From Promethearchaeota archaeon (lineage in GTDB: Archaea; Asgardarchaeota; Lokiarchaeia; Sigyniarchaeales; SOKP01), in assembly GCA_048939995.1 (NCBI GenBank), contig JBHLOY010000002.1:1-64000 (forward strand): a DNA stretch of 64,000 bases, read 5' to 3'. Each line of letters begins with the position of its first letter. Position 1 is the stretch's first letter. Below, one piece after another: positions 38,906 to 49,586 of this stretch. The notes below the pieces were generated by a model. The model worked only from the letters and a program-made list of their open reading frames with translations. It did no database searches and was not told the origin of the DNA. The position numbers and the translations under genes were made by a program.

Positions 38906-40033
38906 TTACTCACACTTTTCTGGATTTAACTTACAAAAGTTAATAGATGAAACAATATCATCTTTACCAATCAGGCCTAAGATGTAATCTGCCCCATGTT
39001 CTTTTACAACAATCAATTCTGGCTTTTTATCTATTTTTAAAAATGTTTTCATTACATCACTTCCTAAATCATTGTCATAGATCATAGGAAAATCAGCAAT
39101 ATTTCTCATAATGTAACCAACAATCATCCTTGATCTTTCATTAATCGGAATTCTTTTTATATCATTAATATGAATAATACCCACAATCTGACTATTTTTC
39201 ACCACCGGAAAATATGACTTCTTATATAGCATGAAATAATGATCAATAGCTTCAGATATAGTTAGAGTAAAAGGTATTTCCATTCTCGGTAGACTTACCA
39301 TATCCTTTGCATTTAAATGTGAGAGTGCTTCTTGATTTACAACTTGAAGGTATGATTGTTTTGTTTGATTATTTAAAAAAGTTCCAATTATAATCATCCA
39401 AAACCCATTTAGAAGTCCAAAAAGTAATATTTGAATAAATCCGAAAGCCATAAGACCATAAGCAAAGAAAGTCCCTATCCTTGATGCTGTCTTTGTTGCA
39501 GAGATCAAATTCTTACGCCTCGCCCAGAGAAAAGCTCTTAGAATTCTACCACCATCGATAGGAAATGCAGGAAGTAAATTAAACAATCCCAAGCCAACGT
39601 TCGATACACCAGAATAGAATAAGGTTATAATAACTCCAACAGGAAAAGGTATTGGTATGGTGAAAAGTATTATAAGCAATAGACCTCCAAGTATTAAACT
39701 AGAAAGTGGTCCGACTGCAGATATTATTATTTCACTTTTAGGAGTTTTAGGTTCCTCTTCGATTTTTGAGGCTCCTCCAAATAAATACAGTTCAATCTCT
39801 TTAACTTTTAATCCATATTTCTGGGCTACTATAGAATGAGCCAGTTCGTGTAATAAAATAGAGCCTAGAATTATAACCCCATTTATAATTCCAACTAATA
39901 ATAAATCAATAAAAGATGCCATAGGAACTAGAGATGCATAAAAATTTGCTGCATAAAATCCAACTAAACCTATTATCAGTAGAGTGCTTAAATGTAATTT
40001 AATTTCTATTCCATAAATGGATCCAATCTTAAT
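38906..40033 (-). CDS. Site-2 protease (M50) with CBS domains, probable ATT start at 40033
   Basis: HELAH, NLLPAFPIDGG, CBS pair; 37 more in-frame codons (KIGSIYGIEIKLHLS...) upstream of the annotated ATG; AGGTGA SD 5 nt before ATT. Confidence 0.85.
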   Translation of the reverse strand: MKIGSIYGIEIKLHLSTLLIIGLVGFYAANFYASLVPMASFIDLLLVGIINGVIILGSILLHELAHSIVAQKYGLKVKEIELYLFGGASKIEEEPKTPKSEIIISAVGPLSSLILGGLLLIILFTIPIPFPVGVIITLFYSGVSNVGLGLFNLLPAFPIDGGRILRAFLWARRKNLISATKTASRIGTFFAYGLMAFGFIQILLFGLLNGFWMIIIGTFLNNQTKQSYLQVVNQEALSHLNAKDMVSLPRMEIPFTLTISEAIDHYFMLYKKSYFPVVKNSQIVGIIHINDIKRIPINERSRMIVGYIMRNIADFPMIYDNDLGSDVMKTFLKIDKKPELIVVKEHGADYILGLIGKDDIVSSINFCKLNPEKCE

Positions 40034-40352
40034 TTATATCACCTAAATTCATTTTTTTTAAATCTATTATTGTCCAAATCTTGATTTCTATTATTATCTT
40101 AAAAATTAGGTTATAAAATTCTCTTTATTATTGCTGAGAACTAATTTTCTCTTAATATTTATTAATAAAAACTTAATCTTCGATTAGTCTTTTAATTAAA
40201 AAGTCCATAATTACCATTTTTTTTCAAATGAATCTAATTATTTAAGAAATAGATCATCGAGGTGACTCTTAAGATAAAGAAAATGTTAAAAGTTATAAAA
40301 AAAACAAGATTTAATTATTTGTAAAAATCTTTATCTTAAAATATATCATAGG

Positions 40353-41546
40353 TTGAAATTAAAAATGGTTAAAAATATCTTAGTTTTAGGAGCTGGATTG
40401 ATGGGAAGTGGTATTGGACAAGTTGCTTTAATGGCAGGATACAATGTAACAATGGTAGATATTAACGATGAACTTGTAAATAAAGGATTTGCTCAGATTG
40501 AAGGAGGCTTAAAGAAACTTGAAACAAAAGGGGCTTTAGGAGAGGGAATAACTGCAAATGACATTTTGGCTCGGTGTAAGAAATCTATTGACCTTGCGTC
40601 TGCAGTTAAAGAAATAGATTTTGTAATTGAAGCCGTAATTGAGAAAATGGATATTAAAAAAAGTGTTGCTAAAGCCGTTATGGAAAATGGGCCATCTCAT
40701 ATTATTTTTGCATCAAACACTTCTACGATGAGTATAACAGAAATAGGAAAGGATTGTGGAGCTCCCGATCGTGTTTGTGGAATGCATTTCTTCAATCCTG
40801 TACCTCTAATGCGATGCGTGGAAGTTATAAGAGGTAAAGATACTTCAGATGGGACTTTTAATATCGCTATGGAGGTTGCTGGTAAATTACCATGTCTTAG
40901 AGGTCAAAGGTATATTGCCCCTGTATTGAAGGATAGACCCGGTTTCATTGTAAATCGAATGAATGCACCGGTTCAAATTTATCTGAATTGGGCTTTTGAT
41001 GAAGCTAAAAAGAATAATATTGCTTGGGAACGTCTAGATGCCGATGCTGGTGGAAAAATGCCTATGCCACCTTGTGTTTTGACAGATTTTGTCGGCCTCG
41101 ACACTACTTTTCATGTAATGAATTACTATAAAGAAACTTTATCTCCCGATTTTGAACCAGGAATAGTAATTAATGAATTGGTAGAAAGCGGTAATTTAGG
41201 CCAGAAAACTGGAAAAGGATTCTACGATTGGAGTCAAGGAAGAGAAGCAATTATGGCTAAGATAAAAGTTGCTGAACCAGCAAGTCTTTTTGACTTAAAT
41301 ACGGTTTTTGCTATAATGTTGAATGAAGGATGTCGTATCTTAGATGAGGGTATTGCTAGTGGATTTAAAATTATTGATGATGCAAATATGGCTGGTATGA
41401 ATGCCCCAGGACCCTTTGGAGCTGGGAAGAAGAACTATGAAGAATGGACCAAAGTCTTGAACAATTTAGCAGACAAAACTGGTAAAGACTATTTCAGACC
41501 AATAGATTTGATGAAATCAGGAGAATTCTCTAAAATGAGGAAGTAA
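40353..41546 (+). CDS. 3-hydroxyacyl-CoA dehydrogenase (paralog of 25834-27024)
   Basis: GAGLMGSG, ASNTS, GMHFFNP, PGFIVNR. Confidence 0.9.
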   Translation: MKLKMVKNILVLGAGLMGSGIGQVALMAGYNVTMVDINDELVNKGFAQIEGGLKKLETKGALGEGITANDILARCKKSIDLASAVKEIDFVIEAVIEKMDIKKSVAKAVMENGPSHIIFASNTSTMSITEIGKDCGAPDRVCGMHFFNPVPLMRCVEVIRGKDTSDGTFNIAMEVAGKLPCLRGQRYIAPVLKDRPGFIVNRMNAPVQIYLNWAFDEAKKNNIAWERLDADAGGKMPMPPCVLTDFVGLDTTFHVMNYYKETLSPDFEPGIVINELVESGNLGQKTGKGFYDWSQGREAIMAKIKVAEPASLFDLNTVFAIMLNEGCRILDEGIASGFKIIDDANMAGMNAPGPFGAGKKNYEEWTKVLNNLADKTGKDYFRPIDLMKSGEFSKMRK

Positions 41547-41681
41547 ATTAATTCTATCTTTTTTTTATTCATTTTTATCGAAATTTTCTTAAAATTTGAA
41601 AGTTTTTAATTTTAAAAATTATTTAACTACTTGCTTAAAATTGTTTAAAATTAAATTAAAAATGGTAAAGAGGTTAGAAGA

Positions 41682-42635
41682 ATGACTGAAGAAACTAAAT
41701 TTGAACATTTAAAGATCGATTGGCCCCCTCTAAAAGATGAGGATGGAAATGTAATCCGTGAAGGAACCATTGAAGGAAATTACGCTGTAATTTCAATTAA
41801 CAGACCAGATAGGTTAAATGCCCTAACAGAACAGACAGTTGCAGAAATTACAAAAGCTCTTAGAATTATGGAACTTGATCAATCAATTCGAGCTGTAGTT
41901 TTAAGGGGGACGAAGGATTATACAAAAAAGCCTGCATTTTCTGCAGGTGCAGATCTTGCAGCTATGGTGAATCCACGACTAAAAATGAATGTTCCTATGC
42001 ATATGAGCATGGCGATGAGAATAAGACATAGAGATTATGATGAAATGGCACAATTTTCCAAACCTTTAATCGCTGCTGTTGATGGATTTGCTTTGGGTGG
42101 AGGTTTTGAAATCGTATTAACCTGTGATATTGTTATCGCGAGTGATAGAGCAATCTTTGGAACCCCAGAGATCCATCGTGGAATCTTTTCAGCAAATGGG
42201 GGAGTCACTAGATTAGCTGAAAGAATAGGTGTTAATAGAGCCTTGCGTGTTGGATATTTTGGAGAGCAATTTGATGCAAAAACTATGCTTGATTGGGGGT
42301 TGGTAACATGGATGGCTGCTGCTGGGGATGAATTCGAAAAATTAGTCCATGAAAAAGCTAAGTGGCTTAGTGAAGCTCCAACAACTGCACTATTTATCAT
42401 AAAGAAATGCGTAAAATTTGGAACTCGATATCCACAATTAGGTATTATGATGGAACAACTTGGTTTTGGTGTAAATAGTGCAAGTTTTGATTCTAAAGAA
42501 GGTATTGCAGCATTCAACAGAAAAATAAGGTGCCCTGTATGCAATGGTAAAGGTAAAATGGAAGATGGAAGCACTTGTCAAAATTGTGGTGGAGCAAAGA
42601 GAATAAAAGACACTCCCCACTTCAAGGGGCTGTAA
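41682..42635 (+). CDS. Enoyl-CoA hydratase/isomerase with C-terminal DnaJ-like zinc finger
   Basis: NRPDRLNA, AFSAGAD, GFALGGGFE, PEI; CPVCNGKG...CQNCGG. Confidence 0.88.
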   Translation: MTEETKFEHLKIDWPPLKDEDGNVIREGTIEGNYAVISINRPDRLNALTEQTVAEITKALRIMELDQSIRAVVLRGTKDYTKKPAFSAGADLAAMVNPRLKMNVPMHMSMAMRIRHRDYDEMAQFSKPLIAAVDGFALGGGFEIVLTCDIVIASDRAIFGTPEIHRGIFSANGGVTRLAERIGVNRALRVGYFGEQFDAKTMLDWGLVTWMAAAGDEFEKLVHEKAKWLSEAPTTALFIIKKCVKFGTRYPQLGIMMEQLGFGVNSASFDSKEGIAAFNRKIRCPVCNGKGKMEDGSTCQNCGGAKRIKDTPHFKGL

Positions 42636-42695
42636 TTTGGTACGTATTTTTTCTATTTTTTTTCCTTTTTTACTAAAATAATTCTTGAATAAAAA

Positions 42696-43250
42696 ATGAT
42701 GCATAATATTGAGCTAATTGAAGAAATCAATGATAATAATCTTTATTTAAGGAAAATTTCTAAAGATGACATCTCATTCTTCTATGAGAGCTTAAAGATT
42801 AAGGATATAACGAATTATTTATCATTAGGACCTTTATTATCTTATGATCATGCTAAACGTATTATTAAAAATTATTTAAAATACTGGGAGGGATATCTCC
42901 AATTTAATTACATAATAGAACTTAGAGAAGGACCTAAACCTTTAAAGATTGGTTCTGTGAGCTTATGGAATATAAGTTGGCAACATAAAAGAGCAGAGAT
43001 AGGTGTATGGCTTGTTCCTAATTATTGGGAAAAAGGTATCGGCAAGAAAACTCTTAAACTGATAAAGAAGATTGCTTTTATTCATCTTAAACTTAATAGA
43101 ATCCAAGCTCATGTCGCTTTAGAAAATTTGCGTTCAATTTCCACATTTAAAAACTCTGGATTCCTAGAAGAAGGTCAACTAAAAGAGTACTTAAATTTAA
43201 ATGGTAAATTCTATGATGCTATTATATTAGCTTGTCTAAAAAAGTCTTGA
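42696..43250 (+). CDS. GNAT N-acetyltransferase (RimJ/RimL family)
   Basis: RAEIGVW, YWEKGIG, N..S...F...GF..EG. Confidence 0.85.
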   Translation: MMHNIELIEEINDNNLYLRKISKDDISFFYESLKIKDITNYLSLGPLLSYDHAKRIIKNYLKYWEGYLQFNYIIELREGPKPLKIGSVSLWNISWQHKRAEIGVWLVPNYWEKGIGKKTLKLIKKIAFIHLKLNRIQAHVALENLRSISTFKNSGFLEEGQLKEYLNLNGKFYDAIILACLKKS

Positions 43251-43685
43251 TGTAATTGATTTAATGCTCCTAGATTTAAATAATTGTTCAATATCCTTAG
43301 AAAATGATTTAAATATATTGACATTTCCATTAAAATCTAATAATTTCATTTTAAATTTAGAAGTAAATTTATCCAATATGTCTTTAGCAAACTGATCAAC
43401 ATTTTTTTTTTTTATCTTTTTGTTGTCAGTTTTTATGATTAAATGACAAACTTTATCGGGATGTGTATAAAAATAGAATTCATTTTTACCTATTTTCAAT
43501 GTGACTAAACTTTGGTTAAATTTATATCTTGTAAAGCGACAGATTTGGTCAAAATAACTTCCAATCAATCGGTAATCATACTCTTTATTGAAACTATTAT
43601 CTATCGCATAATTAAACAGTGGAATACCTGTATTAGATAAAAAAATGATTTCTTGGATCAACTTTTCTCCAAATTCAATATTCAA
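43236..43685 (-). CDS. Longin-like domain protein
   Basis: GIPLF, LIGSYF, F-x-x-x-F...FNGNV..F..F pattern shared with the N-terminus of 18550. Confidence 0.6.
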   Translation of the reverse strand: MNIEFGEKLIQEIIFLSNTGIPLFNYAIDNSFNKEYDYRLIGSYFDQICRFTRYKFNQSLVTLKIGKNEFYFYTHPDKVCHLIIKTDNKKIKKKNVDQFAKDILDKFTSKFKMKLLDFNGNVNIFKSFSKDIEQLFKSRSIKSITSRLF

Positions 43686-43766
43686 TTTTTGAATATTTAT
43701 AAACTTTCTAGTGATAGTATAGATTCAATTCAAAATTTAAAGTAGTTATTAACTAAAAAATAATAT

Positions 43767-44909
43767 TTATTTTTTACTATTAAATTGCGCTATTTTCTCT
43801 TTAATTTCTTTAAATTTACTTAAAGCCAATTCGAAATTATCCTTCTTTATGGCATCTGTTGCCTCTGAATTCAGATTAATTATGATCATTCTAAACTTCT
43901 CATATTCATTAAACTCTTGAATTCTCCTCTTAATATCTTTAATATATTCAGAGTATTTATTAACATAATCTTCTTTTCCAATGAATCTTGATATTTTTAT
44001 TATTTGATTACAATTATCTATAGCCTCATCAAATAAGAATCTCTTTATATTTTCTTCAACTAAAATCTCTAAATCCTCAATATCCTTTTTAAGCTTATTA
44101 TATTTTTGTTTTGCATCAACTATTGATCTTTCTTTAATCTTTATTTCTTTCTCAAAGTTCGGTAATGCTTTTTCTTGAATAATTTGACTGACTGATTTTA
44201 ATAAATCCTTCGCTTTATCAAATTCATATTTATCTGTTAAATTTGTAACTTCCTGAAGAGAGTCTTCAATCTTTTCATGAAAGTCGTATTTTTTTTTGAG
44301 CTCAACAAACATGGCTTCTAAAGTATCCCATTTTTCTTTTATAGATATATCTTCAATTTTTCTTAAAAGCTCTTTAGCTTTTCGAATTATGTCATTAGCT
44401 AGAATAACGTTATTTGTGCTGAGATAACTATTTAATTGTATTTCAAGTGGTTCTAATTGCCTCTTTATATCTTTCTTTTTACTTGAATAATCATCCCATA
44501 TTTTTTTGTCTTTTTTAATTAATTCTTCTATTACGGTATTTGAACTCAAATTTAAAATTTTATTATATTTTTCTTTGAAAGAAGCTACTATTTCATGCGC
44601 ATCATCGATTTTGTTCGCGTTTAACAAATTTTCAAATCTACCTTTCAAATCCTCAAAATCATCAATTAAGAATGGTTTTTGATTTCCAATTAGTTGGTGA
44701 ATTTTGTTAACGAATTTTTGTTGTTGCCTTATTATAGAACTTAATTCCGCTTTTTTAGCAAGTTCAATAATTTCTTCTGTGGTTTTTATAGCATCGTCAT
44801 ATTTTCCCATCAAATAATGGTTATTTGCTATTACTTTTAACTCGTCAATTTCAGAGATTATAATGATCTTTTCTTTTTCATCTAATTTTTTTTGTTTTGA
44901 ATCCATCAA
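43767..44909 (-). CDS. Helical-repeat (TPR-like) protein
   Basis: Repeated Y/F-D-x-A-I helical units; similar to the C-terminal part of the upstream gene. Confidence 0.65.
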   Translation of the reverse strand: MMDSKQKKLDEKEKIIIISEIDELKVIANNHYLMGKYDDAIKTTEEIIELAKKAELSSIIRQQQKFVNKIHQLIGNQKPFLIDDFEDLKGRFENLLNANKIDDAHEIVASFKEKYNKILNLSSNTVIEELIKKDKKIWDDYSSKKKDIKRQLEPLEIQLNSYLSTNNVILANDIIRKAKELLRKIEDISIKEKWDTLEAMFVELKKKYDFHEKIEDSLQEVTNLTDKYEFDKAKDLLKSVSQIIQEKALPNFEKEIKIKERSIVDAKQKYNKLKKDIEDLEILVEENIKRFLFDEAIDNCNQIIKISRFIGKEDYVNKYSEYIKDIKRRIQEFNEYEKFRMIIINLNSEATDAIKKDNFELALSKFKEIKEKIAQFNSKK

Positions 44910-44928
44910 TGACCACGATTAAAACTAG

Positions 44929-45975
44929 TTATTCAATAAATTGCTCTAATAAACCAACAATTTGGTCAAACTTTTCTATTGCTTCTGAAATTTTACGTTT
45001 GTCGATAAATTTAATGGCTTTTTTGCTTAAATCCTCGAGCTCATTTTTCTTAATACTTTTGAAATTAAAGTATTCATCCTTAATTGAGTCTAGTTTGCTC
45101 AAGACCTCCCTATCAATCACTTTATCCACTAAATCCTCAATCTCTTTTAGGGATTTGCCTGCTTGAAATACTTTACTAGCTTTCATAAACCTTTCTATTT
45201 TTCTTACTAATACTTCAACTCTTTTCTTTAAAACTTGTTGTTCTTCTCTTAGATTAAATAAAATATTTTCATCCTTCAATATTAAATCTTGAGCAAATTG
45301 GATTGAAAGTAAATTAACATCATTTTGATATTTGTTTTTAAAATCCTGTGCTATATTATGAGCTTCTTTATAGTTTCTAGCTCTAATTAGATTTTCAAAA
45401 ACTTTCAATTTGATCTCTGCTTCAGTTTCAATTTTCCTCACAATTTGCTTAATTTTGTTTCTAGATTTTGCTTCTTCAATAAAGTTAAGCATATCTTTTT
45501 CGAGGGAATAGTCATCAATTTCATGAGCTAAATTTATAACTTTCTGAGCTATATCTATAGCTTCATTATAATTTTCTGCTACAAAATTTTTATCCACTCC
45601 CTCTTTTAATCGATTTATTTCAGAAATAACTGGTAATAATTTGAACTCTAGCTGCCTAAAATGCTCTCTATATTTACTCTTTGAAATTTCAATAAGTTCA
45701 AAAAAATCAACTGGCTCAGAATTATATTCTATTATTATATTACGGATTACTTTCAAATTGGGATAATTTCTAAAAAAGATTTCGCGAATTGTAGGAATAT
45801 GACTTTTTAAAGACTGTGAGACTTTTTTACTAACCCATATATATAATCGCTTTTGATTTACAACATAAAAAGTTAAGATATCGAATAAAGTAAAATTAGA
45901 TAACAAGTTTTTCGTTGAGATTTCTTCTAAATTTCCCGAATAATTTAATTTAAATAATTTTATATTATTTTGCAA
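44929..45975 (-). CDS. Gelsolin-like N-terminal domain + helical repeats
   Basis: KRLYIWVSK...EPVDF gelsolin-like segment; TPR-like C-terminus. Confidence 0.6.
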   Translation of the reverse strand: MQNNIKLFKLNYSGNLEEISTKNLLSNFTLFDILTFYVVNQKRLYIWVSKKVSQSLKSHIPTIREIFFRNYPNLKVIRNIIIEYNSEPVDFFELIEISKSKYREHFRQLEFKLLPVISEINRLKEGVDKNFVAENYNEAIDIAQKVINLAHEIDDYSLEKDMLNFIEEAKSRNKIKQIVRKIETEAEIKLKVFENLIRARNYKEAHNIAQDFKNKYQNDVNLLSIQFAQDLILKDENILFNLREEQQVLKKRVEVLVRKIERFMKASKVFQAGKSLKEIEDLVDKVIDREVLSKLDSIKDEYFNFKSIKKNELEDLSKKAIKFIDKRKISEAIEKFDQIVGLLEQFIE

Positions 45976-46080
45976 TTTTAAAAGCCCTCTGATATTATAT
46001 TAAAAAAAATTTATTATTTCTCATTAAACTTACTTTTATCTTTAAGAAAAGTAAATGAAAATATATTTTAAATCATTTTA

Positions 46081-49000
46081 TTATTCATTCGGCTTTTTAT
46101 CAATCCTTCCTAACGTTCTATCTCGTAATATTTTCCCATTAACTGGAGTTCCCTTTATAAATTTTGATGATTTTTTCAATTCTTCTTGATATACATCTTC
46201 AAATGCTTTTTCACGGTCTTTGATGGGTTTACTAGGCATTTCCTCTTTTATTAGAGTCTTACGATACTTTCTGACCTTTCTTACTGGTATAGGATATTTA
46301 AGTACTTTCTGATAATAAATAATATATACAGTTAATCCAGTTGCTATGAGTGCTACAATAACAAATAACAGTTGAAATAAATAGGATTCTTCAATAGGGA
46401 CAAACACATCATAAGTTATTTGAAGAATTACATTATCAATTGAGACGATTATATTTTCTGACAGCCCAAATTCATCAGCTAGATAAGTTTGAATTGAAAC
46501 ATTAATCTCTTTATCATTAGGAGTTAATTCAGTTACATCAAATCCAAATTCACTTGCTCTCGTGAAACTAGTTTCTGCTCTACTTAGCTTTATAGTTTCA
46601 GAATAATCAACATCATTAACTGAAAATCTCATCTCTGAATTCGGGGAGACAGATGTTGGCCATAGTTGATTAATTTGATAATCAAAATTAAGTATTGATT
46701 GAATAATTTCAATTTCATAACCGCCTGCATCAATTTGTGCTCCCAAATATTTCCACGTGATTTTTGAAAATTGATTAATTCTTTTTTCATATGAGATAGA
46801 TAAACTCCAATTTTTAATAATTAAACTCTGCCAATCATCCCCATCCCCCGGATGACCTGAATCTTCGCACCATATATATATTCCTAGAGTAATAGCAAAA
46901 TTTTGGTGATCATATTGTAGGGCTTGTTCAAGAAAGAATATTAAGGTCTCTTCATTAATAGGGAGAATTAGCGTGTCGTTTAGTTGGGTAATCTCAGGAG
47001 GCCCATCTTTCCCTAAATCATCAGTTTGATATTCAGCTGCTAAAAATTTTCTATTACTTTCTGGATCAGATATCATAATAAAATACTTAGCAAAATCTCC
47101 TGTAGCGATCTGCACAGTGGTACCACCACTTAAAGTATCTCCAGGACGATCAATTCCACCCCCATTTACTGGGCTAGCATCTACTGTTCCATTAATCCAA
47201 GTTGTTAAAGATGCAGACGTTATATAATAGTCAGACATATTAACATTCATCGTAAAATTCTTCATCCACTGAACTTTTACTGATTGGGGTTGATTATCTG
47301 GCCAATCATAATATGCATACCACCCTCTCGCATCCATACCATATCCACCACCAGCTATAACATCTGGTAATACAATATTATCTTCATTTTCTATTCTAAT
47401 CCAATTACTGCTTAATCCATCCTCATAAAACTCCTGAGTACCGGAATCTCCTACTATATTAAAATTAGCATGACCACCACTAATATTTGCGCTCAAATCT
47501 GAGATATCACCGTCGAATAAGTTAATCCATCCGTCTTCTGTATCAAATTGAGAGTTTTGAATCCATTGAGCCACTCGTGTATCTCTTTGATATTGTTCAG
47601 GCGGAATCACTTGAGTTAGTGGTATCTCTTCTTGCCTAGTTTGCATTTTAAAACTATTTACTCTAGTTCCAAATAGTATTGGGCTCAAGAATAAACCAAT
47701 AACTATGAATAAAATTATAAAAAGCTGTTTTTTATCCACATTTAGTTTCCTTCCTTCATTCTTTGTAGTCGTTCGTATACCTAAGATGTTTGAAGTTGTT
47801 CTCATCTTTTTCCTATACTTCCTTTGAAACGCTCTATTACGATCAGCAACTAATATATCAGGAGGGCTTTCCTTATTCAAAGTTTTTCTGAATTTTCTTA
47901 ACTTCCTAATTGGCTTTGGAAACCGTAAAACTCTTCGATAATATACATAATAAAATGTCAATCCACTCAACGTAATTAATGCTATTAACAATAAGGTCTG
48001 AAATAACGTATTTAATTGAGCTTCAAAAAATAAATCATAGGATATATTCAGCATTATATTATCTATAGATACTGTATAATTCTCATTAAGTTGAAATTCG
48101 TCTCCAAGAAACATTTGTATAGATAAATTAATCGCTTGATAAGGTGGGATTAATCTGGTAACTTCAAATCCATTCTCTTTAGCTGAATTGAATGTCGATT
48201 CGGCAGTACTTAGTTTAATTGTCTCAGTATGTTCCAATTTATTAATTATTATTCTTAATTCTGAATTGGATGATAAATTAGTAGGCCAGGGTTTATCAAT
48301 CTTGAAATCAAAATTTAATTTTGCGTCTGTAACTCTCACAGTTCCTCCTTTATTATTAATTTGTTCTCCTAGGTATTTCCATGATACAGAAGTGAGTTGA
48401 TCTATCTTCTTTACATAACTAATAGTAAAATTACAGGATTTTATGTATGCTGCAGTAAATTCATCAAGATCTGTGGAACAATTATCCTCACAATTAAATT
48501 CCACACCTAAAATGATGATAAAGTTTTGAAAGTCTCCATTTTGTAATACTTGGTTTAAATAAAAAATTAAATCTTCAATATCATTAGCTTCAAAAATTGT
48601 ATCATATAAATAATCATAACTACCATTAATTCTTGGTCCATCTTGTCCTAATGTGGAAGTTTGATATTGAGCAACTTTATAATTAACATCTTTATTAAGA
48701 TTTGAAACCCTCACATAAAAACGTATATAATCTCCTTCGTAAAAACGAGCCATACCATCATCTCCTGAAACTTCAACACCCTCCCAATGCCAAACATCTC
48801 CAGATCCACATCCAATATATGCTTTTGCTGTAGCATTTATTAATATACTGAGAGATGCATTTGTAATGACATAGTCAGACATATTATAAGGGGTTGTAAT
48901 AACTTTTTCCCAGTGGATACTAGCCTTTTGGAATGCATTAGTTGTAGTTCCTGCATGTTCCGCCCAGTAATGAGATGCGAAACACCCGAATTGATCAACT

Positions 49001-49422
49001 TTATGACCGTTAGTCGGATAGACAGGAATTTCTGGATTTGTAGTATTGCCCCAATTTTGAGATGTTGATGAATTAGGTGTTCCAGATATAAGTGTAGTTG
49101 TATGACTTGCTCCAATTACTTGAAGATTTGCATTTCCTCCACTGATATATGTGTTTACATCTGTTATATCTCCCTCATATTTAGGAATCCATCCTAAACT
49201 ATTATTAAAATCAGGATTGTTAACCCATTGTTCTTGATGTGATTCACTAAACCATGGTCCAAGAAGGCCCCCTTGATTCAATAAAAGAATTCTATTTTGA
49301 TTGTATATTGAGTGACTGGTTTGGTGATTTAAAAATATATATAAACCAATAGCAGTGAATATAAACAATATTATAATATAAAAAGGAATTTTTTTAACAA
49401 AACGTCTTTTTCTTGAAGTCAT
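46081..49422 (-). CDS. Membrane-anchored surface protein, two fused paralogous units
   Basis: Two copies of signal anchor + ectodomain (NMSDY..T.ASL, NSE.R) + TM + basic P-x-P-[IV]RK tail. Confidence 0.75.
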   Translation of the reverse strand: MTSRKRRFVKKIPFYIIILFIFTAIGLYIFLNHQTSHSIYNQNRILLLNQGGLLGPWFSESHQEQWVNNPDFNNSLGWIPKYEGDITDVNTYISGGNANLQVIGASHTTTLISGTPNSSTSQNWGNTTNPEIPVYPTNGHKVDQFGCFASHYWAEHAGTTTNAFQKASIHWEKVITTPYNMSDYVITNASLSILINATAKAYIGCGSGDVWHWEGVEVSGDDGMARFYEGDYIRFYVRVSNLNKDVNYKVAQYQTSTLGQDGPRINGSYDYLYDTIFEANDIEDLIFYLNQVLQNGDFQNFIIILGVEFNCEDNCSTDLDEFTAAYIKSCNFTISYVKKIDQLTSVSWKYLGEQINNKGGTVRVTDAKLNFDFKIDKPWPTNLSSNSELRIIINKLEHTETIKLSTAESTFNSAKENGFEVTRLIPPYQAINLSIQMFLGDEFQLNENYTVSIDNIMLNISYDLFFEAQLNTLFQTLLLIALITLSGLTFYYVYYRRVLRFPKPIRKLRKFRKTLNKESPPDILVADRNRAFQRKYRKKMRTTSNILGIRTTTKNEGRKLNVDKKQLFIILFIVIGLFLSPILFGTRVNSFKMQTRQEEIPLTQVIPPEQYQRDTRVAQWIQNSQFDTEDGWINLFDGDISDLSANISGGHANFNIVGDSGTQEFYEDGLSSNWIRIENEDNIVLPDVIAGGGYGMDARGWYAYYDWPDNQPQSVKVQWMKNFTMNVNMSDYYITSASLTTWINGTVDASPVNGGGIDRPGDTLSGGTTVQIATGDFAKYFIMISDPESNRKFLAAEYQTDDLGKDGPPEITQLNDTLILPINEETLIFFLEQALQYDHQNFAITLGIYIWCEDSGHPGDGDDWQSLIIKNWSLSISYEKRINQFSKITWKYLGAQIDAGGYEIEIIQSILNFDYQINQLWPTSVSPNSEMRFSVNDVDYSETIKLSRAETSFTRASEFGFDVTELTPNDKEINVSIQTYLADEFGLSENIIVSIDNVILQITYDVFVPIEESYLFQLLFVIVALIATGLTVYIIYYQKVLKYPIPVRKVRKYRKTLIKEEMPSKPIKDREKAFEDVYQEELKKSSKFIKGTPVNGKILRDRTLGRIDKKPNE

Positions 49423-49586
49423 TAATTTATTTCCCTCATTGATTGATTATTTACAAAATGAATTAAAAACCTTTAACCAATTATTAATGATAATATTTTG
49501 ATATTAATAATTTATAGTTTTAGTTTTATACTTTTCTCAATATTGTTAAAAAAGAATAAAACTACAAAGTAAGAAAATAAATTTTT

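Noticed and set aside
42035-42574. 179-aa antisense ORF and other short nested ORFs of 60-100 aa
   Set aside because: They overlap well-supported genes and have no motifs.
44897-44940. Possible intron joining 44929-45975 and 43767-44909
   Set aside because: I found no BHB fold, the downstream gene has its own start, and the two look like separate partial paralogs.
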